IMG/VR virus record: IMGVR_UViG_3300032242_002041
Location: 1-64,000 of that record
Direction: 5' to 3' (one strand)
Length of the DNA stretch: 64,000 nt
The notes below the pieces were generated by a model, which was not told where the DNA came from, did no database searches, and saw only the letters and a list, made by a program, of their open reading frames with translations. This document shows, piece after piece, positions 19,906 through 31,650 of the stretch; position 1 is the stretch's first letter, and each line of letters opens with the position of its first letter. The position numbers were made by a program, and so were the translations under genes.

Positions 19906-22397
19906 TAGGTTCTGCCTACTACTACTTCGATTGTTCCTTCGGCGCCATCGAAGTCCTCAAGTGCTTTGCCAATTACGGTGCCAACTCGAGGATTGGATTC
20001 TGCTCTGGCACGTCCTAAGCCTGCACTAACCATTAGGTCGCCTTTGCGTACCGGACCAACAACAAATGTTGGCACACGTCCTGTGAGTGCCACTGTAGCA
20101 ATGTATTCACATTCTAATCCTTCATTCATTACAAATCCAGGATCAGTAGACACTACTCCAGCTACTCTGCAATCACTATCCACAGCGTTAACTGTGACTT
20201 CAGCTGTGCCACCAAATACCACAACAGTGCCCGGCACATAGTTAGCGTCGGCTGTATATTTTTCTGCCAAGTCAGCGTACTGTGCTGTGGTTGCTTTGCC
20301 GCTATACACACCAGTTGATGATATGGTTACTATCGACGACATAGCACCTGGTGCACCAAAAGCAAAGTTTAAAGTTGCGCCGCTTCCTGTGGAATATAAA
20401 CCAATTGCTCCGGTACCATCCGTAAAAGCTAATCCTCCACCATATGAACCAGATGCTTGCAATCCATAATTTGTGGCAGCAGCCGGGCTGGCATTTGTTC
20501 CTGCAATAACTTTAGCACCAGTAACATTACCGGTTGTACTAATCAGTCCACTTGATGTAACTGATGTCAGTGTGCCAACTGAGGTAATATTTGGTTGTGC
20601 GGCAGTGGTCACAGTGCCAGCTGTGGTTGCTGATCCAGCTGATCCACCAATACTTAACGACGCAGCAGTACCTGTTAGGCCAGTGCCAGCACCAGTAAAC
20701 GATGATCCAGTTACTGTTCCACTAGCACTTAAACTTGTGCCTGTCATTACACCACCTACAACACTTGCGGCTGTGGTTGTGCCAGTGACACTTGTTGACG
20801 AGCCAGTGATTACTCCACCCACTGTACTTGCGGCAGTTACGGTACCACTTACACTGGCACTTGTAGAATACACAGTTGCCCAATAATTACTTGTTCCACC
20901 TAAATTTAGTGTAGCATTGGCTGCTGGAGTTAATGCAATATTACTTTGCCAGCTTGTTGTAGTGTTATTGAATCTCCAGTAGGCCAAGGCATTGTTACCA
21001 AGATCAATACCGCCACCATTTAAGGCAGTGCCAGTATTTTGATTGTTACCTAATGTTATATTAAGTTCGTTGGTAGTTATAGTCTGAGAGTCAATATAAG
21101 TTACGTTACCTTGTACACTCAAGTTACCTGCGATAACAACGTTACCGTCTGTGCCACCAGAACCATTAGGGTCAATGGTAAATGTTGGGCCAGCAGCTAT
21201 GAGTGTGTTTCCACTAAGAGTAATACTACCGCCAACAACACTGGCACCGGTTACAGCACCTGTTACTGATACACTTGAGCCTGTAATAATACCGCCAACA
21301 GTTGAGGCAGCAGTTTGGCTACCAGTTACGCTTGTTGACGTGCCGGTTATTACACCACCCACAGTACTTGCAGCAGTTTGACTACCAGTGACACTTGTAC
21401 TTGATCCAGTGATCACACCACCAGCTACACTAGCGGCAGTTACTCCACCACTTACTGAAACACTAGTACCATTATGAGCTGTACCTGTTACGGTTCCTGA
21501 TACTGATAAACTTGAACCAGTAATTACACCACCTACAGTACTTGCAGCAGTTTGTGAACCGGTAACACTTGTACTTGTTCCAGTAATGACTCCACCTGCT
21601 ACACTAGCGGCTGTAACACCACCTGTAACACTTACCGCAGTTCCAATGTGGGTAGCCGCACTAACGTTGGCTGCACTTGTGATGTTGCCAGTGGCACTTA
21701 ATGTTGTAGCTGATATCACATTGGCACCAGTAATATTGCCGCCTGCGCCAGAACCAGCAATAATATTACCACCAGTAATATTGCCTGTAGCACTTACTAA
21801 TCCGCCTGTGTTGATGTTGCCACCTGTGATGTTACCAGAGACGCTTGATAATCCAGAGGTGTATATTCCAGTTGTAGCAACTACAACAACATTTGATGTT
21901 CCGCCTATGGATATGTTGGCATTGCCACCACTTGTTCCAATATTGGCTTCACTTGTTCCATTTGAAATCTTAGTTGAGCTACCGCTTGCAATACCAGTTA
22001 ATTGACTGCCATTACCAATAAAGTATCCACCAGTAATGTTGCCAGTAGCACTTACTTGTCCGCCTGTTAGTACATTACCACCGGTGATGTTGCCTGTGAC
22101 TGATTCGGTTCCAGAGACTACCGTTCCAGTAGAACTTATGGTCAATATGTTGGCAGTACCAGCTGAGCTGATGGTTACATTACCACTGGCTCTGGTTACT
22201 ACGTTACTAGTGCCATTGATCAATTGGTTACCCGAAGCCGTACTGGCATTGGCCAATACAGTAACCACGTTACTGAGGTTTAAAAAGTACAGTACACCGT
22301 CGGCGTAATTTAGGCTTAATTCGCCATATGATAGGCTAGCCGCTAGAGGAACTGCGGCAACGTTGCCGTTGCGTTTAAGCAAAATTGTGTTAGACAT
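19905..22397 (-). CDS. Repeat-rich tail fibre protein with C-terminal intramolecular-chaperone-like domain
   Basis: 830 aa: MSNTILLKR start, SVTG..TAAS..GGVITG repeats and a YADLAEKY...RVAGVVST...GRVP C-terminal domain. Confidence 0.8.
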   Translation of the reverse strand: MSNTILLKRNGNVAAVPLAASLSYGELSLNYADGVLYFLNLSNVVTVLANASTASGNQLINGTSNVVTRASGNVTISSAGTANILTISSTGTVVSGTESVTGNITGGNVLTGGQVSATGNITGGYFIGNGSQLTGIASGSSTKISNGTSEANIGTSGGNANISIGGTSNVVVVATTGIYTSGLSSVSGNITGGNINTGGLVSATGNITGGNIIAGSGAGGNITGANVISATTLSATGNITSAANVSAATHIGTAVSVTGGVTAASVAGGVITGTSTSVTGSQTAASTVGGVITGSSLSVSGTVTGTAHNGTSVSVSGGVTAASVAGGVITGSSTSVTGSQTAASTVGGVITGTSTSVTGSQTAASTVGGIITGSSVSVTGAVTGASVVGGSITLSGNTLIAAGPTFTIDPNGSGGTDGNVVIAGNLSVQGNVTYIDSQTITTNELNITLGNNQNTGTALNGGGIDLGNNALAYWRFNNTTTSWQSNIALTPAANATLNLGGTSNYWATVYSTSASVSGTVTAASTVGGVITGSSTSVTGTTTAASVVGGVMTGTSLSASGTVTGSSFTGAGTGLTGTAASLSIGGSAGSATTAGTVTTAAQPNITSVGTLTSVTSSGLISTTGNVTGAKVIAGTNASPAAATNYGLQASGSYGGGLAFTDGTGAIGLYSTGSGATLNFAFGAPGAMSSIVTISSTGVYSGKATTAQYADLAEKYTADANYVPGTVVVFGGTAEVTVNAVDSDCRVAGVVSTDPGFVMNEGLECEYIATVALTGRVPTFVVGPVRKGDLMVSAGLGRARAESNPRVGTVIGKALEDFDGAEGTIEVVVGRT

Positions 22398-25300
22398 ACT
22401 TAGTATGTACCACCGTCAATGGTGTCGTTAGCATTTAATACGCTGACTCCACCTTTGTAAACTCCTGTACCAAGTATATTGCCGCCTGTAATGTTGCCTG
22501 TAGCACTTACAGTTCCACCAGTTGCTAAACTACCACCGGTTACTGCACCAGTTACTGAGGTACTCGAGCCAGTAATTACACCACCCACTGTACTTGCAGC
22601 TGTTTGGCTACCAGTTACTGAGGTACTAGATCCAGTAATAACACCGCCAACAACACTAGCACTAGTTACTGTACCTGTTACACTTACTGTAGTACCTGTA
22701 TGGGCTGTAGCACTAACGTTACCGCCAGTGATATTACCAGTGACACTTAACAATCCAGTTACATATTGACCTGTTGTTGCCCAAACTACTACGTTGCTAG
22801 TTCCGCTAATTGTAAGGTTAGCATTACCGTTGAGTGTTGTAGTAAGGTTTGTAGTACCGTTGGTAAGTGCTGTTGCTGTTGTGGCCGCAACACCTGTAAG
22901 TTGGCTACCATTACCAAAGTAATAACTAGCAGTTATGTTGCCTGTAGCACTAACTGTTGAGCCTGTAATGATACCACCAACGGTACTAGCGGCTGTTACT
23001 GCACCCGAAACGCTGGCACTGGCGCCACTTACAGCACCTGTTACTGATACGCTTGAACCGGTGATTACACCACCAACTGTTGAAGCAGCTGTTTGACTAC
23101 CAGTTACGCTTGTACTTGAGCCAGTGATTATACCACCCACTGTACTTGCCGCTGTCACTGCACCCGAAACACTAGCACTTGCACCACTTACAGCACCTGT
23201 TACTGATACACTTGTACCTGTGATTACACCACCAACTGTACTGGCAGCTGTTTGTGATCCAGTTACGCTTGTTGAAGTTCCTGTAATTACGCCACCTGCT
23301 ACACTGGCTGCAGTTATACCACCTGTTACTGATACTGATGCACCAACATGTGCGGCACCTGTATTACCAATTGTAGCGGCACTTACAGTACCGCCAACAA
23401 TACTGGCTAAAGCATTACCAATTGTAGCGGCGTTGATTGTAGCGGCTAAAACTGTACCTGTACCACTTACGGTACCTGTTCCATAGTTGACGTTGCCACC
23501 AGTGATATTGCCACTAGCACTAACTGTTGCGCCGCTTACGGCACCTGTTACACTGGTACTTGAGCCTGTGATAACTCCGCCTGCAACTGAAGCGGCAGTT
23601 ACACCACCACTAACACTTGCACTAGCACCTTGAACGGCACCTGTTACGCTTGCCGAACTTCCAGTGATAACACCGCCCACTGTACTTGCAGCGGTAACTG
23701 TACCACTTACTGAAGCACTTGACCCAGTGATAACACCGCCAACTGTACTAGCGGCAGTTACGGTACCGGATACGCTAGCACTGGCGCCACTTACAGCACC
23801 CGTTACCGATGTGCTTGAGCCAGTAATTACACCACCAACTGTACTAGCGGCAGTTTGTGTTCCAGTTACGCTGGTACTTGTACCAGTAATAACTCCACCT
23901 GCTACTGAGGCAGCTGTTACGCCACCTGATACACTAGCACTTGCGCCTTGAACGGCGCCTGTGACACTTGTACTTGTACCAGTAATTACACCGCCAACTG
24001 TACTAGCGGCAGTTACAGTTCCTGTAACACTTAAACTTGTACCAGTGGCTGCACCAATGTTTGGTGTTGTCAGTGTAGCACCGGCCTTGACAATAATGTT
24101 TCCAGCGCCATCAAACGCTGTGGTTGCATTGTCAACTTTGGCACTGAATACTGTACCAGTTAAACTGATACCAGCTGATGTATTGGCCGTATATGTTGTG
24201 GTTTGACTGAATACTGCAAAACTAATATTACTAGTTCCAAATGTAATTGTTCCTTGTGGTGCATTAACAACAAACGCAGTACCTCCATTAACAGCACCGT
24301 TGGATGTAAAGAAGTAGTCGTTAAGACTTAGGGTATTTGGAACAGATCCGTATGTGTTGGTATCTGTTGAACGAACAATAGCTGTTGCATTAGACCAGGT
24401 ATAAACACCGTTATATGCACCATTAGCTTCGTTTTTAACCAAGATACGTGTGCCAACAGTCTGAACGTTGGCTGTATCAATCAAATTAAACGAGCCAGTA
24501 GTTTGTAAGTATGCACCAACACCGTTTGAAACACCGTTAGGTTGAGTATAGGTAATTGTACCGCCTGTGGTTGTAGCCAAGGTAGTTGTTGTAGCTACAT
24601 AAACTGGTGTGTGGAAGGTTAACCCTGTTGATGCTATTTGATCAACGTAGTATTTAGATGCTGCATCAGTATCTTGTACTGGAGTTAACTGTAAACCGTT
24701 AACAAAAGTATTGGCCAAAACCAAATTACCGAATGGTGTAATATTGATATTGCCGCTACCATTGGTAATGGTTAGTCCTGTGGCATTGTATACTTGTGCG
24801 GTATTTACGTTGGCACCAGTAATATTGCCACTAGCACTAACAGTTGCACTACTTACAGCACCAGTAACACTTGTACTTGATCCGGTAATGACACCACCTG
24901 CTACACTAGCGGCTGTTACACCACCTGTTACACTTGCACTGGCGCCACTTACGGCACCAGTTACTGATGCGCTTGAACCAGTAATAACACCACCGGCAAC
25001 TGAAGCAGCTGTAACACCACCTGATACACTTGTGCTTGAGCCAGTGATTACACCACCTACTGTACTAGCGGCAGTTGCAGTACCAGTTACTGACACACTT
25101 GTTCCTGTAATAACACCACCAACTGTTGACGCGGCAGTTGCAGTACCACTTGTGCTGATTGCACCTGTGCTTAAAATGTTTGCGCCGGATATGTTGGCTG
25201 CACTAGTAAGGTTACCGGTAGAGCTGATTAGGCCGCCTGTTAAAACGTTCCCACCTGTTACGTTTCCACTTACACTTGTACTTGTACCTGTGATTACTCC

Positions 25301-28300
25301 ACCAACTGTACTGGCAGCTGTTTGTGTTCCTGTAACACTGGTACTTGTTCCTGTAATGACTCCGCCTGCTACTGAGGCGGCTGTTACTCCACCTGATACA
25401 CTTGCACTTGCACCTTGCACTGATCCAGTAACACTTGTACTTGAGCCAGTAATTACACCACCAACGGTACTTGCCGCTGTTTGTGTGCCTGTGACACTTG
25501 TTGAAGTACCGGTTATGACACCACCTACAACACTAGCAGCAGTTACGGTACCGGTAACGCTAACTGTGGTACCTGTATGAGCCGTTGCTGAAATGTTACC
25601 ACCAGTGATATTACCAGTTGACGAAATCAATCCGCCTGTTAGTAAATTACCGCCGGTGATGTTACCTGCATTAATTGTGCCGGTTGTTGAAATTGTATTA
25701 GAACCAAATGCAGCCAAGAAACTAGCGGCATTGGTATTGCTGTATCCAGCTGGCAAGCCAGTTATCTGACTACCATTACCAAAAAGGTAACTACCGGTGA
25801 TATTTCCTGTAGCACTAACACTTGTTGCTGTGATTACGCCACCTGCTACACTAGCAGCTGTAACGCCACCAGTAACACTTGTTGAAGTGCCGGTGATTAC
25901 ACCACCTGCTACTGATGCGGCAGTAACTCCACCTGATACGCTAGCACTGGCACCACTCACGGCACCTGTTACACTAGTACTTGAACCAGTAATTACACCA
26001 CCTACAGTACTTGCGGCTGTTTGTGTTCCTGTAACGCTAGTACTTGTACCAGTAATAACTCCACCTGCAACTGATGCGGCAGTTACCCCACCAGCAGTTG
26101 AATAACTACCCGCTGATGATGTGCCAGTAACACTTACAGAGCTACCAGTAATAACACCACCCACTGTACTTGCAGCAGTTACAGTACCACTGGTGCTGAT
26201 TGCACCCGAACTTAATACGTTGCCACCAATGACGTTACCAGACGTTGATATACTGTTGCCAGAGCCTGTAACAACTATGTTACTACCGTTGACTGTCAAC
26301 GTTGTGTCAGTAGCACCAACGGTTACGTTACCAAGATAAAGGGTACTGTTTGATAACCAAAGATCTTTCCAACGATTTGTAGTGTTACCCAAACTGTAGG
26401 TGATGTTTGCTGCGGGTATTAAATTGCTAGCAACTAGTCCTGCGGACAATTGGCCGCCTGTTGAAATATTACCGCCAGCTACGTTACCGGTTACGCTTAA
26501 TACGTTGGTTGCTGAATTATATGTAAATGCTGACGAAGCTGCCAAGTTACCAGCATTGTTATAAACAACCTGTGTGTTTGCTCCTGGAGCAGTTACGTTG
26601 CCACTAATACTACCGGCAAACGCACCAACAAAGTAACCAGCTGTAGTAATATTTCCTGTAGCACTTACTTGTCCGCCAGTTAATACGTTGCCGCCGGTAA
26701 TGTTACCTGAGGCCGAAACAGTAACGAAGCCTGTGGATTGTCTAGTCCAAGAATTTGAAGCTGACGAATAAACATACGTTATACCGTTTACTACTGTGGT
26801 TTGTCCGTCTGTTGGAGTAGTTGGAAATGCCATGATTAAAATCTCCCTACAGCAACTTCAATAATTTGAACGCTGTTATCTGTGATTGTTTCTAAACTCT
26901 TACCAATTACCACACCAGGTTGGAACCGACCAGCTTCAATTGCCATTGCAGTTCCTGGTACTGTACCAGACACGAGTATTTGTCCTTTTGTTACTGGTCC
27001 TTGTACCTGACATGGTACACGACCTGTTAATGCTACTGTTGCTGTCGTTGTTCCTTCAAGTCCGGCATTCATTACATAACTTGGATTTGTAGAAACAATG
27101 CCGGCTACACGAGAATCATGATCTGATGTAGACTGTGTAACTTCAGCATCCCCGTCAAAGATAACCACCGTACCGGGCGGATACTCCTCGTCGGCTGTGT
27201 ACATCTCAGCTAAGTCAGCGTAGAGTGCTGATGTTGCTTTGGCAAACACTGTATTGAAATATGTTGTAGCACTACCAATATTACCAACAGCATTGGCGTT
27301 GGCATTAACAATACTACCCACAGTAATTGTTCCAGTACTTACCGACAAGTTACCGCCGGTAATATTTCCACTTACACTCAATGAGCCAAGTGTGCCAACT
27401 GAGGTAATATTTGTTTGACTTGCTGTGGTGATTGTACCAACTAAACTTGCACCTGTTACAGCACCTGTTACCGATGCAGAACTACCAGTGATAACTCCGC
27501 CAGCAACACTAGCGGCAGTTACGCCACCTGTAACACTTGTTGAAGTACCAGTAATAACTCCACCTGCTACTGAGGCAGCTGTAACGCCACCGCTTACGCT
27601 GGCACTTGCACCACTTACGGCACCTGTTACACTTGCTGAACTACCAGTGATTACACCACCAACTGTACTTGCAGCTGTTTGTGAGCCAGTAACACTTGTT
27701 GAAGTGCCAGTGATAACTCCGCCAGCAACACTAGAGGCTGTTACACCACCTGTTACTGATACCGATGTGCCTGTAATTACACCACCAACAACACTTGCGC
27801 CAGTTACAGCACCAGTAGCACTTACTACGCCGCCAATATACAAACCAGTAGTAGCAAACACTGCCACGTTGCTCGTTCCGCCGATGGTGATGTTGGCGTT
27901 ACCATTTTGAGTTTGTATATCAATCATGGTTGTACCATTTTGAATACGATCGCCCAAGATGTTACCAGTCAAGGTAGCGTTACCTGTTACAGTCAAATCG
28001 CCATTGATTTGTAATCCGCTATTGGCAAACACAGCCACGTTAGGTGTGCCATTAATTGATATAGCCAAGTTACCGCCGCCTGCACCAATATTGGCTTGGC
28101 TAGTACCGTTTACAATAGCTGAGAATGTTCCGCCTGAGCCAACGGTAGCGCCAAAGTCATCAATCCAGTAGTAGCTAGTACCGTCAAATGTGTAACGATA
28201 CTGTACGTTGGTTGTGGTGTTGTACCAGAAATCACCAACTGTTGGGCTGGCAGGAGCAGTTCCACTTGATGTTGAACGCACACCGCCGCCCACAATGTTA

Positions 28301-31300
28301 CCCGAAGTACTGATTAATCCTGTGGATAAGATGTTTCCACCAGTTACGTTGCCACTTGCGCTTACTACACCAGTGACATATTCACCAGTTGTTGCCCAAA
28401 CTACCACGTTACTTGTGCCGCCTACGCTTGCTGCAATATTGCCACCTGAGGCAGTTACAGTTACGTTACTGTTGCCTAAGTTGATATTGGCCACGCTGGT
28501 AATAACGCCTGTCAATGATGCACCGTTACCTAAAATATAATTGCCAGTGATGTTACCTGTGGCACTAACAATGCCGCCAGTTAATATGTTACCACCAGTA
28601 ATATTACCAGAACCAGAAATGCTTCCACCAGAACCTGGAAGTACAATGTTGCCGCCTGTGATGTTGCCTGTAGCACTAACAATGCCGCCAGTTAGGACAT
28701 TACCACCTGTTACGTTGCCGCTCGCACTGACAGTTGCACCACTTACAGCACCAGTAACACTTGTACTTGACCCTGTGATAACACCACCCACTGTGCTTGC
28801 AGCAGTTTGTGATCCGGTTACGCTGGTACTTGTACCTGTAATTACTCCACCTACAGTACTAGCGGCAGTTTGACTGCCGGTGACACTGGTGCTTGTTCCT
28901 GTAATTACACCACCCACTGTACTAGCAGCAGTTTGTGTTCCTGTAACACTTGTACTTGTACCGGTGATTACACCACCAACTGTACTGGCAGCTGTTTGAC
29001 TACCGGTTACACTTGTACTTGTTCCAGTAATAACTCCACCTGCTACTGAAGCAGCAGTAACGCCACCTGACACACTTGCACTGGCACCACTTACGGCACC
29101 TGTAACACTAACACTCGAACCAGTGATTACTCCACCTACTGTACTAGCAGCAGTTTGGCTACCAGTTACACTTGTGCTTGTTCCGGTTATGACACCACCC
29201 ACTGTACTTGCTGCTGTTTGTGTTCCTGTAACACTTGTACTTGTACCAGTAATTACACCGCCGGCAACACTGGCTGCTGTTACACCACCCGATACACTGG
29301 CACTTGCTCCTTGAACAGCACCAGTGACACTAGCACTTGATCCAGTGATCACGCCACCTACTGTACTTGCAGCAGTTTGTGATCCGGTTACGCTGGTACT
29401 TGTACCAGTAATAACTCCACCTACTGTACTTGCCGCTGTTTGTGTACCTGTGACACTTGTTGACGTACCAGTGATCACACCGCCCACAGTTGAAGCAGCA
29501 GTTACTGTGCCTGTTACTGATACGTTTGTACCTGTATGATTTGTTGCTGAAATGTTACCGCCAGTGATGTTACCAGTTGACGATATTGTGCCGGCAGTAG
29601 CTAAATTACCGCCTGTAATTGTACCGCCCACTGACAAAGCATTTGTTGTTTGAGTAAATGTAAATGCTGAGGATCCAGCCAAGTTACCGCTGTTGTTATA
29701 CTGAATTTGTGTATTTGAGCCGCCTGCTGTTACGTTACCGCTGATACTACCAGCAAACGCACCAACAAAGTAACCGGCTGTGGTGATGTTGCCAGTAGAA
29801 CTGATAATACCACCTGTTAAGACATTACCACCTGTTACGTTGCCTGTGGCACTTACTGTACCTGCTGTGGCTAAATTACCACCAGTTACTGTACTTGTAG
29901 CACTGATACCTACGTTGGTTGTCCAAGCATTGGCTACTGTAGCATAAGTCCAGTTTGTTAACGGTGTACCTTGTGGTCCTACGTTAAGACCTGCACCATT
30001 GATATTGGCATAGGTAGTTTGATTATTGGCCAGTTCAATGTATAAATCATTAACTGTAATTACGTTGCTGTTAATAAATGTTACGTTTCCTTGAACATTT
30101 AAGTTGCCAAGGATATTAGCATTGTTTGAAACAACCAAATTACCAACGGTGGCAGTTCCAGTGGCGCTTACCTGACCACCTGTATTGATATTGCCACCTG
30201 TTACATTGGCACTTACTGAAACACTTGTACCGGTAATTACACCACCAGCAACACTGGCGGCAGTAACTCCGCCTGTAACACTTGTACTTGTTCCAGTAAT
30301 AACTCCACCTGCTACTGAGGCTGCTGTTACACCACCTGACACACTTGCACTGGCACCACTTACGGCACCTGTAACACTAACACTCGAACCAGTGATTACT
30401 CCACCTACTGTACTAGCAGCAGTTTGGCTACCAGTAACGCTTGTACTTGAGCCAGTAATTACTCCACCAGCAACACTAGCAGCAGTAACGCCACCTGATA
30501 CACTTGCACTGGCACCACTTACAGCACCCGTTACCGATGTGCTTGAGCCGGTGATTACGCCACCCACTGTTGAAGCAGCTGTTTGACTGCCAGTGACACT
30601 TGTTGAAGTGCCGGTGATTACACCACCAGCAACAGATGCGGCAGTAACGCCACCTGATACGCTAGCACTGGCACCACTTACAGCACCGGTTACTGATGTG
30701 CTTGACCCTGTGATAACACCGCCAACTGTACTAGCGGCAGTTTGACTGCCAGTTACACTTGTACTTGTTCCTGTAATTACACCACCTGCAACTGAGGCAG
30801 CAGTTACAGCGCCACTAACACTTGTACTTGTTCCGGTGATTACACCACCTACAGTACTTGCAGCTGTTTGTGTTCCTGTTACGCTGGTACTTGTACCAGT
30901 AATAACGCCGCCAGCAACTGATGCGGCAGTAACGCCACCTGATACACTTGCACTTGCGCCTTGAACGGCACCTGTTACGCTTGTTGAACTACCAGTGATC
31001 ACACCACCCACAGTACTTGCCGCTGTTTGTGTACCAGTTACACTTGTTGAAGTACCTGTGATTACACCACCCACTGTTGAGGCAGCTGTTTGGCTACCAG
31101 TGACACTTGTGCTTGTTCCTGTAATAACACCGCCCACTGTTGAGGCAGCTGTTTGGCTACCAGTGACACTTGTGCTTGTTCCTGTAATTACTCCACCTAC
31201 TGTACTAGCGGCAGTTGCAGTACCAGTGACTGATACTGATGTACCGACGTGTGCGGTACCTGTATTACCAATTGTAGCGGCACTTACAGTACCACCAACG

Positions 31301-31650
31301 ATACTGGCTAATGCGTTACCAATAGTAGCGGCATTAACAGTAGCAGCCAATACTGTACCTGTGCCACTTACTGTACCTGTTCCATAGTTGACGTTGCCAC
31401 CTGTTACGTTGCCAGTCACACTTGCTGACGTACCAGTAATAACACCGCCTACTGTACTTGCCGCTGTTTGTGTACCAGTAACACTTGTACTTGTTCCTGT
31501 GATCACGCCACCAGCAACAGATGCGGCTGTTACTCCACCTGATACACTTGCACTGGCACCACTTACAGCACCTGTGACACTGGCACTTGATCCAGTGATA
31601 ACACCACCCACTGTACTAGCGGCAGTTACTGTGCCTGTTACTGATACGTT
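20700..31650 (-). repeat. Degenerate 63-bp (21-aa) coding repeats across three fibre genes
   Basis: TS(T/V/A)SVTG(S/T/G)(Q/V)TAAS(T/V)(V/A)GGVITG units interspersed with 11-aa SVTGAVSGASA half-units. Confidence 0.9.
22400..26833 (-). CDS. Giant repeat-rich fibre protein
   Basis: 1477 aa: MAFPTTP start, many 21-aa repeats and an IDGGTY end. Confidence 0.8.
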   Translation of the reverse strand: MAFPTTPTDGQTTVVNGITYVYSSASNSWTRQSTGFVTVSASGNITGGNVLTGGQVSATGNITTAGYFVGAFAGSISGNVTAPGANTQVVYNNAGNLAASSAFTYNSATNVLSVTGNVAGGNISTGGQLSAGLVASNLIPAANITYSLGNTTNRWKDLWLSNSTLYLGNVTVGATDTTLTVNGSNIVVTGSGNSISTSGNVIGGNVLSSGAISTSGTVTAASTVGGVITGSSVSVTGTSSAGSYSTAGGVTAASVAGGVITGTSTSVTGTQTAASTVGGVITGSSTSVTGAVSGASASVSGGVTAASVAGGVITGTSTSVTGGVTAASVAGGVITATSVSATGNITGSYLFGNGSQITGLPAGYSNTNAASFLAAFGSNTISTTGTINAGNITGGNLLTGGLISSTGNITGGNISATAHTGTTVSVTGTVTAASVVGGVITGTSTSVTGTQTAASTVGGVITGSSTSVTGSVQGASASVSGGVTAASVAGGVITGTSTSVTGTQTAASTVGGVITGTSTSVSGNVTGGNVLTGGLISSTGNLTSAANISGANILSTGAISTSGTATAASTVGGVITGTSVSVTGTATAASTVGGVITGSSTSVSGGVTAASVAGGVITGSSASVTGAVSGASASVTGGVTAASVAGGVITGSSTSVTGAVSSATVSASGNITGANVNTAQVYNATGLTITNGSGNINITPFGNLVLANTFVNGLQLTPVQDTDAASKYYVDQIASTGLTFHTPVYVATTTTLATTTGGTITYTQPNGVSNGVGAYLQTTGSFNLIDTANVQTVGTRILVKNEANGAYNGVYTWSNATAIVRSTDTNTYGSVPNTLSLNDYFFTSNGAVNGGTAFVVNAPQGTITFGTSNISFAVFSQTTTYTANTSAGISLTGTVFSAKVDNATTAFDGAGNIIVKAGATLTTPNIGAATGTSLSVTGTVTAASTVGGVITGTSTSVTGAVQGASASVSGGVTAASVAGGVITGTSTSVTGTQTAASTVGGVITGSSTSVTGAVSGASASVSGTVTAASTVGGVITGSSASVSGTVTAASTVGGVITGSSASVTGAVQGASASVSGGVTAASVAGGVITGSSTSVTGAVSGATVSASGNITGGNVNYGTGTVSGTGTVLAATINAATIGNALASIVGGTVSAATIGNTGAAHVGASVSVTGGITAASVAGGVITGTSTSVTGSQTAASTVGGVITGTSVSVTGAVSGASASVSGAVTAASTVGGIITGSSTSVTGSQTAASTVGGVITGSSVSVTGAVSGASASVSGAVTAASTVGGIITGSTVSATGNITASYYFGNGSQLTGVAATTATALTNGTTNLTTTLNGNANLTISGTSNVVVWATTGQYVTGLLSVTGNITGGNVSATAHTGTTVSVTGTVTSASVVGGVITGSSTSVTGSQTAASTVGGVITGSSTSVTGAVTGGSLATGGTVSATGNITGGNILGTGVYKGGVSVLNANDTIDGGTY

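Noticed and set aside
20700-31650. Regular repeats as a CRISPR array
   Set aside because: The repeats are in-frame coding units varying at third codon positions, with no repeat-spacer structure and no cas genes.
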